Assembly: GCA_039810005.1 (NCBI GenBank)
Contig: JBDHWD010000002.1
Coordinates: forward strand, 28,433 to 92,432
DNA: 64,000 bases
Direction of reading: 5' to 3'
DNA from: Thermomicrobiales bacterium
GTDB taxonomy: Bacteria; Chloroflexota; Chloroflexia; Thermomicrobiales; CFX8
Shown here: piece after piece, positions 19,859 through 27,669 of the stretch
How positions within the stretch are numbered: position 1 is the first letter of the stretch
How the letters are laid out: each line of letters opens with the position of its first letter
Notes under the pieces: generated by a model
Database searches by the model: none
What the model saw: the letters and a program-made list of their open reading frames with translations, nothing else
Told to the model about the DNA's origin: nothing
Program-made: the position numbers and the translations under genes

Positions 19859-20080
19859 TTGGATTTCGCAATCGATCTCGCGATCATCGTTGTGTCGATC
19901 ATGCTGATGGCTGTGATCCTGATGCAATCAAAGGGGTCTGGCTTCAGCGGCGCATTCGGTGGCGATACATCGTCGATTTATCGAACGCGGCGCGGCTTTG
20001 AGCGCACGTTGTACAACTTTACGATCGGCGTCGGTGTCATCTTCGTCGTACTGTCGATTATCGCCGCAGTCGCTCGATAG
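19859..20080 (+). CDS. secG: Preprotein translocase subunit SecG
   Basis: 73 aa with two TM helices and LMQSKGSGFSGAFGG. TTG start. Conserved position after tpiA. Confidence 0.85.
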   Translation: MDFAIDLAIIVVSIMLMAVILMQSKGSGFSGAFGGDTSSIYRTRRGFERTLYNFTIGVGVIFVVLSIIAAVAR

Positions 20081-20169
20081 CACCGAAACTGTCTTGGTTG
20101 ACGTATACAAGGCTGCGGTATACTCGCCGCGCAAGCGCGATGTCAGCGGTCGAATAGGAGGCTCCACCA

Positions 20170-20382
20170 ATGCCGTCTCTGGGGTGGCAGGAACTCGTCA
20201 TCATCCTGGTGATTGTCGTCATCATTTTCGGAGTGGGTAAGCTCCCCGAGATTGGCGGCGCTCTGGGTAAGGGCATCAAAGAGTTCAAGACCAATGTCAA
20301 CGAGGAAGGCGAAGAGGTCGACGTGGTAGAGACCAAGGAAGTTACCACCACGACCAAGACGCCGGCGAAGGAAGAGCTCTAG
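20170..20382 (+). CDS. tatA: Twin-arginine translocase subunit TatA/E
   Basis: 70 aa with LVIILVIVVIIFGVGKLPEIGGALGKGIKEFK and an acidic tail. AGGAGG RBS upstream. Confidence 0.85.
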   Translation: MPSLGWQELVIILVIVVIIFGVGKLPEIGGALGKGIKEFKTNVNEEGEEVDVVETKEVTTTTKTPAKEEL

Positions 20383-20414
20383 GCTCGTCCTCCTCATCAT
20401 CACGGATCGTGAGC

Positions 20415-20446
20415 AATGCCCGGGTTTTCGTAGCCCGGGCATTTGC
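20415..20446 (+). terminator. Hairpin terminator after tatA
   Basis: Perfect 10-bp stem AATGCCCGGG / CCCGGGCATT with a 9-nt loop, followed by TT(T)G. The U-tract is weak. Confidence 0.4.
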
Positions 20447-20536
20447 GTGCGCATCGTCGCACTGACCTCGTTGCGATACGGCTCGGCGGTATACTCGGAT
20501 CGGGCCGCTGTATAGCATCTTGAAGGACGACACAGA

Positions 20537-21265
20537 ATGTATGACGGCTCGCAGGCAGGCAAGCCGCCTGGAGACGGATATCACCGGACAACCCCACCAG
20601 CGGCCGACGCGCAATCAACGCAGGATCTTCCGGCCGTTCAGCCGCAACGCAGCCAGCAGCGCGGTGTGCTCTGGGATGTCGTCGAGACTCTGATTCTGGC
20701 GTTGGTGATCTTTGTTGCGGTTCGCGCGGTCGTCCTCAATTTCCGGGTCGACGGTGAATCAATGCATCCGAATCTCGACAATGGCCAGATGCTGCTCGTC
20801 AACCGCCCGGTCTATTGGCACTTCGATCTGAACGCCGTCCTCAACGTCCTGCCATTTGTTGACCGCGAGGGTGAGAACGTTATCTATCCGTTTCATCCGC
20901 CGCAACGCGGCGACATTATCGTTCTGCATCCACCCGTTGACGGCGGCAAGCCGTATATCAAACGAATCATCGGTCTGCCCGGCGAGCGAATTGCGATCCA
21001 TGATGGAGCCGTCTATATCAATGGCGAGCGGTTGGAAGAACCGTATCTGAATGGCATCGAGACAGCCTGGTCGGGGACGCTAAGTCAGAATGAGCTGACA
21101 ATTCCCGATGGCCAGTACTACGTTCTCGGCGATAATCGGGCAAACTCGTCAGACTCGCGGGCATTTGGTCCGATTGGAATCGATCAGATTATCGGGCGGG
21201 CCTGGATATCGTATTGGCCTAGAAGTGATATAGGTATCCTGTCCACACCGTCGTATCCCCACTAG
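20537..21265 (+). CDS. lepB: Signal peptidase I
   Basis: GESMHPN (catalytic Ser box), YIKRIIGLPGE (Lys box) and GDNRANSSDSR. Confidence 0.9.
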   Translation: MYDGSQAGKPPGDGYHRTTPPAADAQSTQDLPAVQPQRSQQRGVLWDVVETLILALVIFVAVRAVVLNFRVDGESMHPNLDNGQMLLVNRPVYWHFDLNAVLNVLPFVDREGENVIYPFHPPQRGDIIVLHPPVDGGKPYIKRIIGLPGERIAIHDGAVYINGERLEEPYLNGIETAWSGTLSQNELTIPDGQYYVLGDNRANSSDSRAFGPIGIDQIIGRAWISYWPRSDIGILSTPSYPH

Positions 21266-21336
21266 GGGATGGTGTCTTTCATCCGGGGCATGTCCTACCT
21301 CGGTGCGAGACTTCCGCTGTGAAGGGGCATCGAATC

Positions 21337-21873
21337 ATGATAGAGACCGTCGTCGACAGCATCCGAGTCAGCCTGGTGACGCAGGCTCGGGTGGTCATTC
21401 TCAAAGAAGTTGAGGGTGACCGACATCTTCCGATCTGGATCGGCGCGTTCGAGGCTGAGGCTATCGCGATGGAGCTGCAGGGCATTTCATCGCCGCGACC
21501 ACTGCCATACGATCTTCTGCGCTCGGTCATCGGCGAGCTTGGTGCGGACATCAACCGCATCGTCATTACCGAGATAAATAACGACGTCTATTACGCGCGG
21601 ATCATCATTCAGCAAAACGGTATGGGCGTCGAGATTGATTCGCGCCCGTCCGATGCAATTGCGCTTGCGGTTCGGGCGAAGGTGCCGATCTTCGTCGACG
21701 ATTCAGTGATGGCGCGTGCTGGCGTGCAGCTGGACGAAGAGAGTGACGAAGAGACTGCGGCTGAGGGCGAGAACGAGGGCGAACCGACGATAAACGAGGA
21801 AAAGCTCTCGGCATTCCGCGACTTCATCGATACGCTTGATCTCGATGACTTCGGTCAGAAGCGCGACAATTAA
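21337..21873 (+). CDS. Bifunctional nuclease (BFN/DUF151) family protein
   Basis: VVILKEVEGDRHLPIWIGAFEAEAI...RPLPYDLL...DVYYARIII...IDSRPSDAIALAVRAKVPIFV, with an acidic C-terminal tail. The start is ATG 21337 or GTG 21319. Confidence 0.75.
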   Translation: MIETVVDSIRVSLVTQARVVILKEVEGDRHLPIWIGAFEAEAIAMELQGISSPRPLPYDLLRSVIGELGADINRIVITEINNDVYYARIIIQQNGMGVEIDSRPSDAIALAVRAKVPIFVDDSVMARAGVQLDEESDEETAAEGENEGEPTINEEKLSAFRDFIDTLDLDDFGQKRDN

Positions 21874-21905
21874 GGTCAGCAGGGCGGGACGACAGCTAGT
21901 TGGTT

Positions 21906-21931
21906 GGAATATTGTGCAATGACCACGTGTT
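21906..21931 (+). promoter_or_regulatory. SigR/SigH-type ECF promoter motif GGAAT-N18-GTT
   Basis: GGAAT at 21906-21910, exactly 18 nt of spacer, then GTT at 21929-21931. It lies at the 5' end of the ECF sigma / ZAS anti-sigma operon. Confidence 0.4.
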
Positions 21932-22572
21932 CTTCATCCCAGATCGATACGTGCGCTGACGGTGTGATTTGCACACCGAACATCGACGGATCACAACGCG
22001 ATCGGCTCGAGCAGCAGGCGCTCGAGCACATCGACGCGCTCTACCGAACCGCGTTGCGCATGACACGAAACGAAGCGGATGCTGAAGACCTCGTGCAGGA
22101 AACCTATTTGCGAGCGTTCCGCTCATTGCATCAGTTCACCGAAGGTACCAACTTGCGAGCCTGGCTGTTTCGCATTATGACGAACGCCTACATCAACGAG
22201 TACCGACGGCGACAGCGCCGCCCATCGAAGGCGTCGCTGGATGATCTGGAAGAGTTTTATCTCTACGACCACCTGATCGAGTCCGGCGTCCAGCCGAGTG
22301 TCGAGCGGCCAGAAGACATCGTACTCAGCCAGTTGTCGGTCGACAGCGTTATCAACGCCATTGAGGACCTGCCGGAAGAGTTTCGCCAGGTTGTCCTGCT
22401 GGCCGACGTTGAAGGCTTTAGCTATCGCGAGATCGCCTCAATCGTCGACATACCAATGGGAACCGTCATGTCACGACTCTATCGCGCCCGACGCCGACTG
22501 CAGCGCACGCTGTATGACGCGGCAATCGAATTCGGAATCGTTGAGAAAGCGGCGTTCGATGGGAACGTGTAA
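21919..22572 (+). CDS. ECF-type RNA polymerase sigma factor (SigR/SigH/SigE-like)
   Basis: [14 protein letters not shown] (region 2) and [30 protein letters not shown] (region 4 HTH). The start is uncertain (TTG 21904, ATG 21919 or GTG 21964). Confidence 0.85.
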   Translation: MTTCSSSQIDTCADGVICTPNIDGSQRDRLEQQALEHIDALYRTALRMTRNEADAEDLVQETYLRAFRSLHQFTEGTNLRAWLFRIMTNAYINEYRRRQRRPSKASLDDLEEFYLYDHLIESGVQPSVERPEDIVLSQLSVDSVINAIEDLPEEFRQVVLLADVEGFSYREIASIVDIPMGTVMSRLYRARRRLQRTLYDAAIEFGIVEKAAFDGNV

Positions 22573-22786
22573 GCAAACAATCGAACACCTGTATCAATAT
22601 CTGGATCGTGAGCTTTCGGCCGAAGAGCGCCTTGAGGTGCAGCACCACCTCGATCAGTGTCCACCCTGCCGCGATCACTTCCGGTTTGAGGAGAACGTGC
22701 TGAGCATTATCGGACAGCGCTGTCGACAGACGAGCGCCCCGACTGAGCTGCGTGACCGCGTACGGAAGATGTGCCGAGAAGCCTAG
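22559..22786 (+). CDS. Zinc-binding anti-sigma factor (ZAS family, RsrA-like, soluble)
   Basis: 75 aa. The H-x3-C-x2-C motif HHLDQCPPC is at 22646-22669, with an additional N-terminal Cys. The ATG overlaps the sigma gene end by 14 nt. Confidence 0.8.
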   Translation: MGTCKQTIEHLYQYLDRELSAEERLEVQHHLDQCPPCRDHFRFEENVLSIIGQRCRQTSAPTELRDRVRKMCREA

Positions 22787-23196
22787 GAATCGGTCGCCGG
22801 CGGCAGCGCGTCTTCTCTGAACCGCCCCAACTCGAATGAGATGCCGGGACAACGAATGTTGTGCAGATCGATCTTGGCGTTGATCGCAGTCGCCAACGTC
22901 CGATAGTTGTCTCCGGCTCGCACCGACAGGGCGTGGCGGCTCCCATATTGCCGGATCAGATCACGCCACTCGGCGATGGCCGCCAGCACGAGCGGCCGCT
23001 CGTGGTAGACCTGCTTTCGCAGCTCGAGCCATTCGGGCAAGAAGCCCGCATTGTGCAGGATGTGGTTGCCCATCCAGTCGTCGCCGGTGTAGTCATCATC
23101 CTGAGCGGAGAGACGCTTGCCGGAAGATCTGAGATTCTCGAACTCACCGCGTTCAATCGCTTCGCGAATCTTCTCCTCGGCGATCCGCTCAAACAT
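22783..23196 (-). CDS. DUF1992 (DnaJC28-like) domain protein
   Basis: 137 aa: MFERIAEEKIREAIERGEFENLRSSGKRL...NAGFLPEWLELRKQV. ATG 23196 is preceded by GGAAGGAA. The upstream part of the 363-aa track ORF is antisense to nuoE. Confidence 0.65.
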   Translation of the reverse strand: MFERIAEEKIREAIERGEFENLRSSGKRLSAQDDDYTGDDWMGNHILHNAGFLPEWLELRKQVYHERPLVLAAIAEWRDLIRQYGSRHALSVRAGDNYRTLATAINAKIDLHNIRCPGISFELGRFREDALPPATDS

Positions 23197-23224
23197 CCCT
23201 TGTTCCTTCCAGAGTGCTTCGGTG

Positions 23225-23252
23225 TTGTGCGGCAAATTGGCAATGTTATACT
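23225..23252 (+). promoter_or_regulatory. Candidate promoter for the nuoE/nuoF-like pair (TTGTGC-N16-TGtTATACT)
   Basis: -35 at 23225-23230 and -10 TATACT at 23247-23252, with TG at the extended -10 position. This is about 85 nt upstream of TTG 23338. Confidence 0.35.
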
Positions 23253-23337
23253 CGCCCCAGTGCGCGTGAAGCATCTCACGCGCCCATTGCAGCGACAACG
23301 TACGTCCAACGACACCCCAAAGCGGAAGGGCGCAGAC

Positions 23338-23877
23338 TTGGCTCAAGAGGTTCACGTCAGCGAGTCGGATCTGGACGACATTCGCACGCTGCTTCGAGCG
23401 AAGTACCAACCACGAGATTTCGAAGAAGCGCAGGAGATGATTCTCGGTGCCTGCCAGGACGTACAGCATCTCATTGGCTGGGTGTCGCCGGAAGCGGCTC
23501 GCGTTGTTGGCGATCATCTCGGCGTAACCGAGAATCGCATTTTCGGACTCCTGACGTTCTATGCTGACTTCCGGACGCAACCGCCCGGCAATCACTTCAT
23601 GCTGCTCTGCCATGGCACGGCCTGCTTCGTCGGCGGAAGCCAGAAGCTGATTGATGAGCTGCAGGATCGCTACGGCATCGGCGGTGACGAAACGACTGCG
23701 GACGGTGAATTGACGGTGCAGATCGTCAATGGGTGCCTCGGCGTATGCGAGCTGGCACCGGCCGTGCAGGTCGATCATCACGAGTATTTTGGTCACCTCG
23801 ATGTCGACAGTTTCAACGAGGCAATCGCCGAGATCATTCGGCGAGGCCCAGCTGGGGGTCATCATGAAGCTCACTAG
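23338..23877 (+). CDS. NuoE/FdsG-like thioredoxin-fold [2Fe-2S] subunit
   Basis: LLCHGTACFVGG...VNGCLGVCELAP (C-x4-C ... C-x3-C). The proposed TTG start at 23338 lies 8 nt after GGAAGGG. The start is uncertain. Confidence 0.8.
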   Translation: MAQEVHVSESDLDDIRTLLRAKYQPRDFEEAQEMILGACQDVQHLIGWVSPEAARVVGDHLGVTENRIFGLLTFYADFRTQPPGNHFMLLCHGTACFVGGSQKLIDELQDRYGIGGDETTADGELTVQIVNGCLGVCELAPAVQVDHHEYFGHLDVDSFNEAIAEIIRRGPAGGHHEAH

Positions 23878-25591
23878 TCGGCAAGGATTCGAGCAATACG
23901 CGGAGAAGCTCGCGGCTGATTGGGCGAAGCTTCACGACGGCAGCCAGTGGGTTGTCCGGGTGCCAATTGGCGAGTGGTCGAAATCCAAGGGCGCAATGGC
24001 GACCTTCGATCATTTGCGTCTGCTGCTGGAGGAATCTGGCCTGCCGTACACGCTCAAGCGCGTTGGTTCCGGCGGCTGGAACTGGGCTGACCCATCGGTG
24101 GTCATTGAGGGCCCGAACCATCCCTCGATTCTTTACGCCGAGGTCACTGCCGACCGCGTTCCCGCGCTAATTGATTCGCTCAAGGCGGGCAAGCCGAACG
24201 AGTCGCTGGCTGTCGGAACGTTCGGATCTGATCCAGTAGGCTCAATCCGGCCACTGTCCGAGCATCCCTTCTTCTCCGGCCAGAAGCGTCTGTTGACGGC
24301 CGAGTGGGGTGTGATCGATCCTGAGTCGATCGAGGACTACATTGCACGCGGTGGCTACTCGGCGCTGAAGAAGGCGCTCTTTGAGATGACCCCTGAAGAG
24401 GTCATCGAAGAGATGAAGACCGCCGAGGTCCGTGGCCGCGGTGGAGCAGGCTTCCCGGCCGGCATCAAGTGGGAGAGTGCTCGACGGTCACGCGGCGAGC
24501 CGAAGTTTGTCGCCGTCAACTCTCACGAAGGTGAGCCGAACGTCTACAAGGACCGCCAACTCATCGAGAGCAACCCGCACCTGGTTCTCGAAGGTATTCT
24601 CATTGCCTGCTACGCCGTTGGCTCGAACCGCGGCTACAACTACGTCGGTGGCGAGCACGTCCTCGCGCTTGAGCGCTTCCGCAAGGCGGTCGAACAGGCC
24701 GAAGAGTGGGGCTTGATTGGCGACAACGTCCTCGGATCCGGCTTTGATGTCGAAGTTCGCCCTCGTGCCGGCGGTGGTGCATACATCTGCGGCGAAGGCT
24801 CCGCGTTGATGTACTCGGTGATGGGCGAGCGCGGCCAGCCGCGCACCAAGCCACCGAGAAGCGTTGACGAGGGCCTCTGGCGCCGGCCGACCATGCTCAA
24901 CAACACCGAATCGATTGCCAACACCGCGCTCGTGATCAACAACGGCGGCGAGTGGTACGCAAGCATGGGCACTGAGAAGAGCAAGGGCACCAAGCTCTTC
25001 ACCTTCCAGGGCCCGCTGAAGCGCCTCGGTGTCGTCGAAATGGAAATGGGCGTCAACCTCAAGCACCTCATCTTCGATGTCTATGGCGGCATGAAGGATG
25101 GCTACACCTTCAAGGGCGTTCAAACCGGCGGCGTGTCGGCCGGCCCGCTCCGTGAGGACCAGCTCGATCATCCGGTCGACTTCGACTCGCTCACACCGCT
25201 CGGCGCAATGCTCGGTTCGGGTGGCTTCGTCGTCTTTGATCAGAGCGTCTGCTCAGTGGCCTTTGCGCGCTACCTGATGGCATTCAATCGTTACGAGTCG
25301 TGCAGCAAGTGCACGCCGTGCCGACTGGGGAACCCTGCGCTAACTGAGATCATCGACCGCATTCGGAACGGCAATGGTCGCGAGGCGGACCTCAGGCTCA
25401 TCGAGCACACAAGCAAGCACGTCATCGAGCTGTCGCTCTGCGGTCTCGGTCAGGTCGCGCCGATGCCGGTTCTCGGCATGATGCGCGCCTTCCCGGATGA
25501 ATGGCGGCAGCACATCGTGGACGGCGTCTGCACAGCAGGGGACTGCCCGATGCACGTGCGCCAGCTTGTGGCGACAGCGGCCGACGACTAG
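23864..25591 (+). CDS. NuoF/FdsB/HoxF-like NAD(H)-binding FMN / 4Fe-4S flavoprotein with N-terminal extra domain
   Basis: GRGGAGFPAGIKW (FMN site), EGEPNVYKDR (NADH site) and a C-terminal CSKCTPCR...CGLG cluster motif. A roughly 150-aa Cys-free N-terminal domain precedes the core. The ATG overlaps the nuoE-like stop by 14 nt. Confidence 0.85.
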   Translation: MKLTSRQGFEQYAEKLAADWAKLHDGSQWVVRVPIGEWSKSKGAMATFDHLRLLLEESGLPYTLKRVGSGGWNWADPSVVIEGPNHPSILYAEVTADRVPALIDSLKAGKPNESLAVGTFGSDPVGSIRPLSEHPFFSGQKRLLTAEWGVIDPESIEDYIARGGYSALKKALFEMTPEEVIEEMKTAEVRGRGGAGFPAGIKWESARRSRGEPKFVAVNSHEGEPNVYKDRQLIESNPHLVLEGILIACYAVGSNRGYNYVGGEHVLALERFRKAVEQAEEWGLIGDNVLGSGFDVEVRPRAGGGAYICGEGSALMYSVMGERGQPRTKPPRSVDEGLWRRPTMLNNTESIANTALVINNGGEWYASMGTEKSKGTKLFTFQGPLKRLGVVEMEMGVNLKHLIFDVYGGMKDGYTFKGVQTGGVSAGPLREDQLDHPVDFDSLTPLGAMLGSGGFVVFDQSVCSVAFARYLMAFNRYESCSKCTPCRLGNPALTEIIDRIRNGNGREADLRLIEHTSKHVIELSLCGLGQVAPMPVLGMMRAFPDEWRQHIVDGVCTAGDCPMHVRQLVATAADD

Positions 25592-26547
25592 CGGCGCTTT
25601 CGCTCCAGACTGCCAAGAATGACACCGGCGGCGATCGCAAGACCGCCGCCGATCTGTATCCAGGACAGGCGTTCTCCCAGAACTATGTAGGCGAGTATCA
25701 CCGCAATCGCCGGCTCTGCTGTTGCAATCAGGCTTGCGCGGCTCGGCCCGAGATGTGAAAGCCCCCAGGTGTAGAGCATCATCGGCGCGACCGTCGTGCC
25801 GATCCCATTCACGACTGCGATCACCGCGATACTCGACAGCGATGGCAGATCGGCGCCATCAACGAGCAGCTTGACCGGCCAGAGCGCGACTGCGCCGATG
25901 GCGATCGTCAGCGTCACGACGGCGAGCGATGACATGTGGTCGAGCGCCAGTCGCGCGAGCAGGCTGTACGACGCGTACGTCAGGGCTGAGAGCAGCCCGA
26001 GAACGATCCCGAGCCAGGTCGTGCTGCCGCCCGTGCTGCCGGCAACGCCAACGACGCCCGCAAACGCAAGCGCCAGTGCCAGACGATGCGAGTTCGGCAC
26101 CGGCATGCGGTAAACAAGCCAGGACATGATCGCGACAATGGCTGGAGCGACGTACAGCAACACTGTTGCGACTGCGACACCGGCCTCGCGGTAGGCATAG
26201 ATGAGCATGACATAAAACGTGGCCGTGCTGACGAGGCCCATCGTGATGACGGCCAGTGCAATCCTTGGATGTCGTAAGGCGGCGAGGTCGTTGGCAAGGG
26301 CTGCGTTTCGCGAGAAGGCAATGAGAAGAACCAGCGCTGCCGCCGATGCGCGCAGTGTCACCAGTGTCACCGGCTCGACGCGAATGTGACGCCCGATCAG
26401 CTCGTAGGTAATGCCGAGCGCGCCCCAGCATGCTGCTGCCGCGACAACGGCCGCGACTGCGAGCAGGGTGGGGCGCGCTCGGCTCGCGTCAGGTGAGGTC
26501 GATTGTCTGGCCAATGCCCTGCGCCGCAGCAGCTTCCAGCGCGGCAC
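25588..26547 (-). CDS. EamA/DMT-family transporter
   Basis: 319 aa with about 10 hydrophobic helices in two EamA-like halves. The start overlaps the upstream gene by 59 nt, and I found no alternative ATG/GTG/TTG. Confidence 0.75.
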   Translation of the reverse strand: MPRWKLLRRRALARQSTSPDASRARPTLLAVAAVVAAAACWGALGITYELIGRHIRVEPVTLVTLRASAAALVLLIAFSRNAALANDLAALRHPRIALAVITMGLVSTATFYVMLIYAYREAGVAVATVLLYVAPAIVAIMSWLVYRMPVPNSHRLALALAFAGVVGVAGSTGGSTTWLGIVLGLLSALTYASYSLLARLALDHMSSLAVVTLTIAIGAVALWPVKLLVDGADLPSLSSIAVIAVVNGIGTTVAPMMLYTWGLSHLGPSRASLIATAEPAIAVILAYIVLGERLSWIQIGGGLAIAAGVILGSLERKRR

Positions 26548-27517
26548 CGCATACGATCATGTCCTGAATCGCGTTGCCGACCGATTTGAAGAACGTGATC
26601 TGATCGTCAGACTCGCGCCCGGCGATCTCTCCAGCAGCGACCTGTCCGAACTCAATATGTATGGCCTCACGCTGTATCGCGCCGCGGTCGATCGACTGGA
26701 TAAGATCACCGGCCTCGTGCAGCGCCGCCTCGACTGCATCCACGACCACGCGCGCGCGGGCGACCGTCGCATCGGGAATCTCCTGCATCTCGGGCGTGTA
26801 CGCGCCGATGCCGTTGATGTGCGTTCCGGGCGATAGCCATTCGTCCTCAAAGACCGGACTCGTCGCGGTCGTCGCGGTGCAGATGACATCTGCTCCCGAG
26901 ACTGCGTCGCGAGCATTGTCAACAACGACAACCCTTGGCATGCCTTCAGGAATCCAGACGGCGAGCCGTTCGGCAAATGATTCCCGAGATGCAGCAAACA
27001 GATCGTAGACGCGGATCTCGGTGATGTCCCGGACGCTGCATACCGCTGCGGCTTGCGTGATGCCTTGTGCCCCCGCGCCGATGACCGCCAGCGTCGTGGC
27101 ATTCGGTCTGGCCATGAGATCGGTCGCAGCACCCGAAACGGCGCCAGTTCGCAGGGCGGTGACGGCAGCGCCTTCGAGCAGACCAATCGGCACGCCGGTT
27201 TCGGGGTCAACAACGACGACAATTGCGTTGATGGTGGGCAGGCCGCGTTCGCGATTCCCGGCGAACACTGAGACGACCTTGAGCCCGGTCGCCGCCGGCG
27301 CACCTGGTCCAGCTGGAACGTATGCCGGCATGAACAGCACAACTCCGCTACCGTCAGGCATATTTACCGGCGTCCGCAGAGGGCTGATCGTTTCACCGCG
27401 ACTGTAGGCGGCAAAGACCTGCTTCATCTGCTCAACTGCGTCTCGTATCGGAACAAGCCGCCTGATTTCATCTGCCGTCAACGCTCGCACGATCAATCCC
27501 TTCCGCCGCTTCATCAT
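26489..27517 (-). CDS. Ornithine cyclodeaminase / mu-crystallin family protein
   Basis: Rossmann motif LAVIGAGAQG and family-typical length. The start is taken at ATG 27517/27514 (MMKRRKGLIVRALTADEI). Confidence 0.8.
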   Translation of the reverse strand: MMKRRKGLIVRALTADEIRRLVPIRDAVEQMKQVFAAYSRGETISPLRTPVNMPDGSGVVLFMPAYVPAGPGAPAATGLKVVSVFAGNRERGLPTINAIVVVVDPETGVPIGLLEGAAVTALRTGAVSGAATDLMARPNATTLAVIGAGAQGITQAAAVCSVRDITEIRVYDLFAASRESFAERLAVWIPEGMPRVVVVDNARDAVSGADVICTATTATSPVFEDEWLSPGTHINGIGAYTPEMQEIPDATVARARVVVDAVEAALHEAGDLIQSIDRGAIQREAIHIEFGQVAAGEIAGRESDDQITFFKSVGNAIQDMIVCGAALEAAAAQGIGQTIDLT

Positions 27518-27669
27518 CTCCTGGTAGCGGCAGTCTAGCATGCCCGGCTGAGCAAGGTGGCTGGGCATATGACGTATCCTTGAGAGCAATGGCGACGCAA
27601 CGACCAACCACCAGATCGCAGGGACAGCACCCTGCCAATTCCCGATCCGGACGCTTCGGCGATCCAGTC

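Noticed and set aside
22783-23877. Two mutually antisense long ORFs (363 aa minus, 338 aa plus) covering the same 1.1 kb
   Set aside because: I resolved these into two non-overlapping divergent genes. Only the C-terminal 137 aa of the minus ORF has DUF1992 similarity and an RBS (ATG 23196). Only the C-terminal roughly 179 aa of the plus ORF is NuoE-like (TTG 23338). The remaining parts are shadow extensions.
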